Under the pieces are notes generated by a model. That model saw nothing but the letters and a program-made list of their open reading frames with translations, was not told the DNA's origin and did not search any database. A DNA stretch of 32,000 nt from Dehalococcoidia bacterium. Lineage in GTDB: Bacteria > Chloroflexota > Dehalococcoidia > Lucifugimonadales > JADFKI01. Each line of letters opens with the position of its first letter. Within the stretch, counting starts at the first letter, position 1. Shown piece by piece: positions 26,909 to 32,000 of this stretch. Location of the stretch: contig OY762409.1 in assembly GCA_963665605.1 (NCBI GenBank), forward strand, positions 3,491,436 to 3,523,435, read 5' to 3'. The position numbers and the translations under genes were made by a program.

Positions 26909-28234
26909 TCAGACAGGGTGTGGCAGGGAGCGCAGTCGCTCCAGGGCTTCGCCGAACTGTGTCCCCCAGGGCCAGCCCCGGGGTAGATGCAGAGTGAGGC
27001 GGCGTGCCGAGCGTGTGAGCCGTCCGGCCAGGGAGAAGAAGCGTCGTCTGAGGGTCTTTGTGGTCACCACCTGCTCAGCCAGACCGATGCGCGCGGTCCA
27101 GCGGGCAAGGTTGTGTGCCATCACTTGCACGGCCATCCAGGCAGCGTTGGCTGCGAAGCGACCCGATGGCAGGTGGTTCAGTCCCACACCGTACTTGAGG
27201 TCGCGTATGGCGTTCTCGATCTCGGCGTGTCTGCGGTGATCGGCTTCCAGTTGGAGAGTGTCGCCCTGTCGGTCGGTGATGAAGGCGTGATAGCTGTAGC
27301 TGGCAAACAGCGCCAACTGGGAACCGGGCGTGGGCCTGACCCTGCGGACGATCAGTCGCACCGGCGCTGCGTCAGGCTCACCTCCGAAGGGAGTGTAGGT
27401 CGTCTCGGCAACGTCGGCTGCGCCCTCCATCCAGTAGGGTATGGGCGTCCAGTCAGCCTCGGGTATGTCCTCTATGAGATTGCGCAAGCTCCGATGCTGT
27501 CGGACGGTGATGGAGAAGCGCACATCGTTGTCGCGGCAGACGCTGACGATGTCGTGGGTGTAGAAGCCACTGTCGGCCCTCACGGTGAGCGCTCCGGTGG
27601 CTCCTGAGTAGCGCACTCTGCTCAGCGTCTCACGCAGGAAGTTGGCTGCACCCCGTACGGTGTTGGCCCGGCCCTTGCGCAGTCTTGCCATCAGCACGTC
27701 TCCTGTTCCTGCGGCGACGGCAAGCAGCGGGTGATAGCCTCTCTGACCGGCGTAGTTGTGCTCGCTGGCTCCCTCCTTTGCCAGTCCGTAGGTCTCGCAG
27801 ACGGTGGAGTCCAGGTCGATCGTCAGAGGCGAGTCCCCGGGTCCTGCCCCCGCGGACCAGGCTCGCGCCAGCAACTCCCGGCTCACACGGTCCAGTTGTC
27901 GCACGTGTCCCCAGCGGAAGCTGCGCAGGAATGTCCCCAGTGTGGACGGAGCCTTGACCGCGCAGCCCAGCACCCGTTCGGTGCCCCCGGACCGCAGCGC
28001 GTCCGCGTCGTCTATGCAATCGCCCCCTGCCAGCGCCGATGCCGCCAGGGTCAGTATCTTGTCTCCCGCATTCGCCCGACCAGGCGCATCCCCCAGGTCA
28101 AGGTGGCTGTCCACAAGTTCGCTCAGACCCAGACGCCCGGCGAGCATGACTGGCAACATCAGTCCGGCATTGGCCACCAGGCGGTGGTCGTCGAAGGTTA
28201 CTTGGATGCGGTCAGGACGCTCGGATGCTATCAT
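26909..28234 (-). CDS. IS1380-family DDE transposase
   Basis: 441 aa. The N-terminus FDDHRLVANAGLMLPVMLAGRLGLSELVD and the length are characteristic of IS1380 transposases. GAGGAG lies upstream. Confidence 0.9.
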   Translation of the reverse strand: MIASERPDRIQVTFDDHRLVANAGLMLPVMLAGRLGLSELVDSHLDLGDAPGRANAGDKILTLAASALAGGDCIDDADALRSGGTERVLGCAVKAPSTLGTFLRSFRWGHVRQLDRVSRELLARAWSAGAGPGDSPLTIDLDSTVCETYGLAKEGASEHNYAGQRGYHPLLAVAAGTGDVLMARLRKGRANTVRGAANFLRETLSRVRYSGATGALTVRADSGFYTHDIVSVCRDNDVRFSITVRQHRSLRNLIEDIPEADWTPIPYWMEGAADVAETTYTPFGGEPDAAPVRLIVRRVRPTPGSQLALFASYSYHAFITDRQGDTLQLEADHRRHAEIENAIRDLKYGVGLNHLPSGRFAANAAWMAVQVMAHNLARWTARIGLAEQVVTTKTLRRRFFSLAGRLTRSARRLTLHLPRGWPWGTQFGEALERLRSLPHPV

Positions 28235-28337
28235 CTAATGGGTGCTCCTCGTATCTGGTTGGTTCTGACTCCATAAACCATTATCCCAGATATGCGGGAG
28301 CACCTTTTCATCCCTTATGAGGACCTCCGATAACCTC

Positions 28338-28360
28338 TATTTCGGTGGATCGGGGCTAAG
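28338..28360. repeat. IS1380 terminal inverted repeat (end proximal to the transposase start)
   Basis: Partner of 26653-26675 (20/23). Similarity stops abruptly outside the shared CC. Confidence 0.65.
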
Positions 28361-28435
28361 GAAGCCTAGGGCAATCTTCAGAAGAGGCAGGAAGAATGAA
28401 TGCTGGCGTAACATCAGTGCTGCAAGGAGACGAAT

Positions 28436-28816
28436 ATGCCCATCGTTGATCACAACAACGCGCCTGAGGTTCCCTGGAGGCCGAATTACCGCAAGTGGCT
28501 GATCACGCAAGAGGGGGATGGTACGACATCTACGGAAGCCGCTATAAGCGAGGTTGGAATCGGCACCGGCGCACCGCTGCATACTCACGAGGACGACGAA
28601 CTGATAGTTGTGCTGAGCGGCACGCTTAGCGTCCGGTACGGAGATGAGACGCATGAGGTAGGTGCCGACCACACGGTCGTCGTGCCTCCAAACGTGCCAC
28701 ACGGGTTCACTGCAATTGGAGACGGTCCGGCGAGGATCATCGGAATGTTCCCAGCAAAGGATCCGTTCCTACGAACGCAGTTCCTAGAAGGCGGTCCACC
28801 AGGAGTGCATAGCTGA
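28436..28816 (+). CDS. Cupin-domain protein
   Basis: Cupin motif 1 (GAPLHTHEDDELIVVLSG) and motif 2 (VVVPPNVPHGF). AAGGAG RBS 6 nt upstream. Confidence 0.85.
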   Translation: MPIVDHNNAPEVPWRPNYRKWLITQEGDGTTSTEAAISEVGIGTGAPLHTHEDDELIVVLSGTLSVRYGDETHEVGADHTVVVPPNVPHGFTAIGDGPARIIGMFPAKDPFLRTQFLEGGPPGVHS

Positions 28817-28873
28817 TGGCGTGACCAACGCGTGTCGGTCAATGTCTATGAATTGGACTCACGGAGGTGTGTC

Positions 28874-29827
28874 GTGGCAACTATAAACTCGGTGCTGGGG
28901 CCATTGGACACGACTGCCCTGGGTTTCACTTTACCCCACGAGCATCTAATTGATTCGTCCGCCGGGATTCGGATTACCTACCCCGAACTGGAAATACGCG
29001 ACCAGGCATTGGACATGGCGCTGGAGTCCTTCAACGAAGCCAAAGCCGGTGGAGTTGACACCATCGTCGAAGTTTCTCCTATGGATTTGGGGCGTGATGT
29101 CTTGCTTATGAAGGAAGTCTCGGAGAAAACCGGCGTGCATTTCATTTGCTGCACGGGCAGCTGGCTGGACATTCCCAGAAGCTTTTGGGGCAGGGACAAA
29201 GACTTCGTTGCCGACCTCTGGGTGCGGGAGATTGAGCAGGGAATCGACGGCACGGAGATCAAGGCAGGCATAATCAAAGTTGCCACAAGCGATCCGATCT
29301 CTGAGACGGAAGAGCTGATGCTACGTGCCTCTGCTCGAACCCACCTGCGTACCGGCGTTCCCATCACTACCCACACGCCAGCCGAATCGCGGATTGGCTT
29401 AGAGCAAGTGCGAATTCTTGAAGAGGAGGGCGTGGAGGCTCATCAGATATATGTGGGGCATCTAAGCAACACACTTGACCCCGAGTACCATCGGGACCTG
29501 GCCCGACTTGGAGTCTGGCTGGGCTGGGACATTAACAACCCCTTCGGTCGGCCGGGTCTGCCTCCTTGGCAGGAGAGGGCCGACTACCTGAAGGAGCGAT
29601 TGGACGAGGGCTTGGCAGAAAATATGATGCTCTCTCACGACTGGAACATTGTACTGTCGCGCATTGGCTCGCCGGGGATGCCCGGCAGGGACCAGAATCC
29701 CGACGGTTACCTCTGGCTCAGCCGCGCTGTAATTCCAAGGTTATTGGAGTTCGGGGTCGCAGAAGCAGTCATCGACCGAATGATGATCGAAAATCCCAGG
29801 AGGTACTTCGAAGGCGTGCGACCGTAG
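28874..29827 (+). CDS. Phosphotriesterase-family protein (PTE-like lactonase / Php-like)
   Basis: All binuclear-metal ligand positions are recognisable: GFTLPHEHL (HxH), GIIKVA (carboxylated Lys), ITTHT, VGHL, LSHDW. The track ORF starts at GTG 28832. The GTG at 28874 follows GGAGG by 7 nt and gives a typical family N-terminus. Confidence 0.9.
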   Translation: MATINSVLGPLDTTALGFTLPHEHLIDSSAGIRITYPELEIRDQALDMALESFNEAKAGGVDTIVEVSPMDLGRDVLLMKEVSEKTGVHFICCTGSWLDIPRSFWGRDKDFVADLWVREIEQGIDGTEIKAGIIKVATSDPISETEELMLRASARTHLRTGVPITTHTPAESRIGLEQVRILEEEGVEAHQIYVGHLSNTLDPEYHRDLARLGVWLGWDINNPFGRPGLPPWQERADYLKERLDEGLAENMMLSHDWNIVLSRIGSPGMPGRDQNPDGYLWLSRAVIPRLLEFGVAEAVIDRMMIENPRRYFEGVRP

Positions 29828-30106
29828 GATCAATCGTGCATGTTACGATGTCCGCGGGCGAGGAGAATGAGGTGATTACATTCGCCCATCCCTGTAAATG
29901 GACAGGTCCGGTGACAGCGTTTCGAGCAACCGGCGGCTTCCTGTTCTCCGTCCTGCGACAATTGGAGCACAGGAGTGTGGAGTCGTATCCGGGCATCGCA
30001 ATCGTCATCTTACCTCAAACATGATTTACCAATGCCCCTGCGAATTGTGAGGGTGTAATTCAAAGTCAAGAATGAAATACTAGCGACGGAATAAAGGAGT
30101 TCGAAA

Positions 30107-30898
30107 ATGGCACGCTTGGAAGGAAAAGTGGCGGTGATCACCGGGGCTACCGGCGGAATCGGAAGCACCGCCGCAAAGATATTCGCAGATGAAGGAGCAA
30201 AGGTCGCTCTCGTGGACCTTAACGAAGCTGCACTGCAGGAGGTTGTAAGCTCAATAGGCGAGGACAGCGCCAGCTACACCGTCGCCGATGTGACCCAGCC
30301 GGACCAGACGAAGGCCTACGTTGATGCGGCAGTAGATCGCTGGGGCGGCATTGACGTGCTGCTTGCCAACGCGGGAATCGAAGGAACGCTCTCTCCCATA
30401 TCCGACTATCCTATTGATGTATTTGACCGTGTGATGGCAGTCAACGTGCGTGGAGTCTGGTTGGGGATTAAGTACGTGGTCCCGGTTATGCGAGGGCGCG
30501 GAGGGGGCAGTATCGTCATCACGTCATCCACGGCAGGTATCGGGGGCAGTCCGGAAATGTCGGCATACAACACCAGCAAGCATGCGGTGATTGGGCTGAT
30601 GCGCTGCGCCGCTCTTGAGAGCGCGCCAGACGGCATAAGAGTAAATACCGTCAACCCGGCGCCGACCGAGACCCGAATGATGCGTTCAATTGAAGAAATG
30701 CGGGTGGCGGCGATGGATGACTCCAGAGTAACCGTCGAGGTGACAAAGCAGGCTGTCGCGGACCGCATCCCGCTAGAACGGTATGGAGACCCGGCAGAAG
30801 TTGCAAGATTGATGCTGTTTCTCGCCAGCGACGAGAGCAGTTATTGCACAGGTGGCGTGTACATGGTTGACGGTGGAAGGTCAGCAGGCAGCCGCTAG
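30107..30898 (+). CDS. Classical SDR-family oxidoreductase
   Basis: LEGKVAVITGATGGIGSTAAK (TGxxxGIG), NAGI, SSTAG...YNTSKHAV (S-YxxxK). AAGGAG RBS. Confidence 0.95.
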   Translation: MARLEGKVAVITGATGGIGSTAAKIFADEGAKVALVDLNEAALQEVVSSIGEDSASYTVADVTQPDQTKAYVDAAVDRWGGIDVLLANAGIEGTLSPISDYPIDVFDRVMAVNVRGVWLGIKYVVPVMRGRGGGSIVITSSTAGIGGSPEMSAYNTSKHAVIGLMRCAALESAPDGIRVNTVNPAPTETRMMRSIEEMRVAAMDDSRVTVEVTKQAVADRIPLERYGDPAEVARLMLFLASDESSYCTGGVYMVDGGRSAGSR

Positions 30899-30919
30899 AT
30901 TAACCTGAACGAAAGATTG

Positions 30920-31831
30920 ATGATGTCTGACCAGGAAAGGGATTTCATCGGGTACGGTGCCAACCCCCCGGTAATCGAATGGCCGGGGAACGCCCGGATA
31001 GCCATTTCAGTAGTAGTTAACTACGAGGAAGGCAGCGAGACTTCGTTACTCGACGGAGACCCCGTACACGAATCGAATAACGAGGTGCCATCCCCGGTCC
31101 CAGCAGACCAGCGAGACCTGTTCAACGAATCGTTCTTCGAATACGGCAGCCGCGTGGGAGTCTGGCGAATACTGAACATGCTAGACAGCTACGGCGTGAA
31201 AAGCACATTCTTCTGTTGCGCATTGGCTTTCGAGCGAAACCCGGAGGTGGCGCGCGCGGTTGTGGAACGAGGCCACGAGGTCTGCGGTCACGGCTACCGG
31301 TGGGAGGAATACCATAGCAAGACACGGGATGAAGAGGCTGAAGCCATCAGAAAGACGGTCGAGTCGCTGAGGGCTACCACCGGCGAGCGACCGGTGGGCT
31401 GGTTCACTCGTTACGGGCCCAGTGTCAATACAAGGGAGCTTGTAGCCAGCGAGGGCGGATTCATCTACGACAGTGGTGTGCTCAACGATGACCTGCCGTA
31501 CTACACGCAGGCAGATGGGAAGCCGTGGCTTGTGGTTCCTTACAGCTTCGAAACGAATGACGCGCGATTCTGGCGGGGCGGCCTTAATAGTGTGGGGGAC
31601 TTCTACGAATACATGAAAGACACCTTCGATGTGCTTTACGAAGAGGGTCGTACACATCCGAAAATGATGTCGGTAGGGTTGCACTGCCGAATCGCAGGCC
31701 GGCCGGCGCGGTCAAGAGCATTGGATCGATTCCTGCGTTATGCTCGCAGCCATCCTGGTGTTTGGTTCGCGAGAAGGGATGAAATTGCGAGGTGGTGGCT
31801 GGAGAAGTACCCGCCCGGGTCGCTGCAATAG
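30920..31831 (+). CDS. Polysaccharide-deacetylase-fold protein, PuuE (metal-independent allantoinase)-like
   Basis: FIGYGANPPVIEWPGNARIAISVVVNYEEGSE and HGYRWEEY follow the PuuE-type pattern as I recall it. The track start at 30917 is TTG, followed immediately by two ATG codons. Confidence 0.85.
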   Translation: MMSDQERDFIGYGANPPVIEWPGNARIAISVVVNYEEGSETSLLDGDPVHESNNEVPSPVPADQRDLFNESFFEYGSRVGVWRILNMLDSYGVKSTFFCCALAFERNPEVARAVVERGHEVCGHGYRWEEYHSKTRDEEAEAIRKTVESLRATTGERPVGWFTRYGPSVNTRELVASEGGFIYDSGVLNDDLPYYTQADGKPWLVVPYSFETNDARFWRGGLNSVGDFYEYMKDTFDVLYEEGRTHPKMMSVGLHCRIAGRPARSRALDRFLRYARSHPGVWFARRDEIARWWLEKYPPGSLQ

Positions 31832-32000
31832 ACATCATAGGCCTTCGGCGGGACGACTGGAATGAACTGTTGAAGGATCTCTAGTACCCGGCTATGCCAA
31901 GGTGTGCTTCAGCGTGAACGCCGTGAGGGAACGGCAAGCTGACCGTCTTCCTGCGTGTCGTTTGTAACCGCCTCGTCTGTGAAGCCAACCGCCGCATTGC

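Larger units (their letters stand above)
26653..28360 (-). mobile_element. IS1380-family insertion sequence, apparently complete (1708 bp)
   Basis: A single transposase ORF flanked by 23-bp terminal inverted repeats beginning CC. The size is typical of IS1380-family elements. Confidence 0.8.

Noticed and set aside
29836-30024. Small ORF of about 58-62 aa (…MSAGEENEVITFAHPCKWTGPVTAFRATGGFLF…) in the 280-bp gap between the lactonase and the SDR
   Set aside because: It has only a weak AGGA before a GTG and no recognisable family. It may be a real small protein, but the sequence alone does not support calling it.
31909-32000. Possible 3' end of a minus-strand gene at the window edge (…NAAVGFTDEAVTNDTQEDGQLAVPSRRSR*)
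   Set aside because: Only about 30 codons are visible, and another frame is also open to a stop at about 31882. There is too little sequence to decide.
1-32000. CRISPR arrays, rRNA or tRNA genes, prophage or defence-system genes
   Set aside because: I looked for regularly spaced direct repeats, T-arm/acceptor patterns and hallmark proteins (Cas, restriction, toxin-antitoxin, integrase). None was found. The only mobile element is the IS1380 copy.

Overview
A 32-kb bacterial chromosomal segment. Coding regions are G+C-rich (about 68% in one hand-counted line), and most genes have strong GGAGG-type ribosome-binding sites. I can support about 22 protein genes, one complete IS1380-family insertion sequence, and no rRNA, tRNA or CRISPR array. 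Most genes are accessory metabolism: a GMC oxidoreductase, SDRs, alpha/beta hydrolases, an amidohydrolase, an MBL-fold hydrolase, a phosphotriesterase-like lactonase, a PuuE-like deacetylase, a cupin, and MFS and CDF-like transporters. This enzyme mix and RBS style would fit a Chloroflexota/SAR202-like or sponge-associated organism, but that is only a guess.

The most interesting region is 9.7-16.7 kb. An MMPL/HpnN-like RND lipid transporter sits 26 nt upstream of a clear eukaryote-type sterol C-24 methyltransferase (ERG6/SMT) homologue. A convergent gene encodes an unusual fusion of a GPP34/GOLPH3-like domain to a cytochrome P450. A KshA/Neverland-like Rieske non-haem-iron oxygenase is transcribed divergently from that fusion. 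All four families have sterol- or lipid-associated relatives, and no cyclase or squalene epoxidase lies in the window. I therefore propose a candidate sterol or cyclic-triterpenoid modification and trafficking module. This is inference, not demonstrated.

Other points worth a look:
- two AT-rich stretches of about 0.85-0.9 kb with no convincing gene
- a 43-bp near-perfect palindrome
- a PhnD-like binding protein with no signal peptide
- a CDF-like transporter with a 7-Cys tail
- a secreted protein with tandem repeats
- an IS with mappable inverted repeats but no target-site duplication
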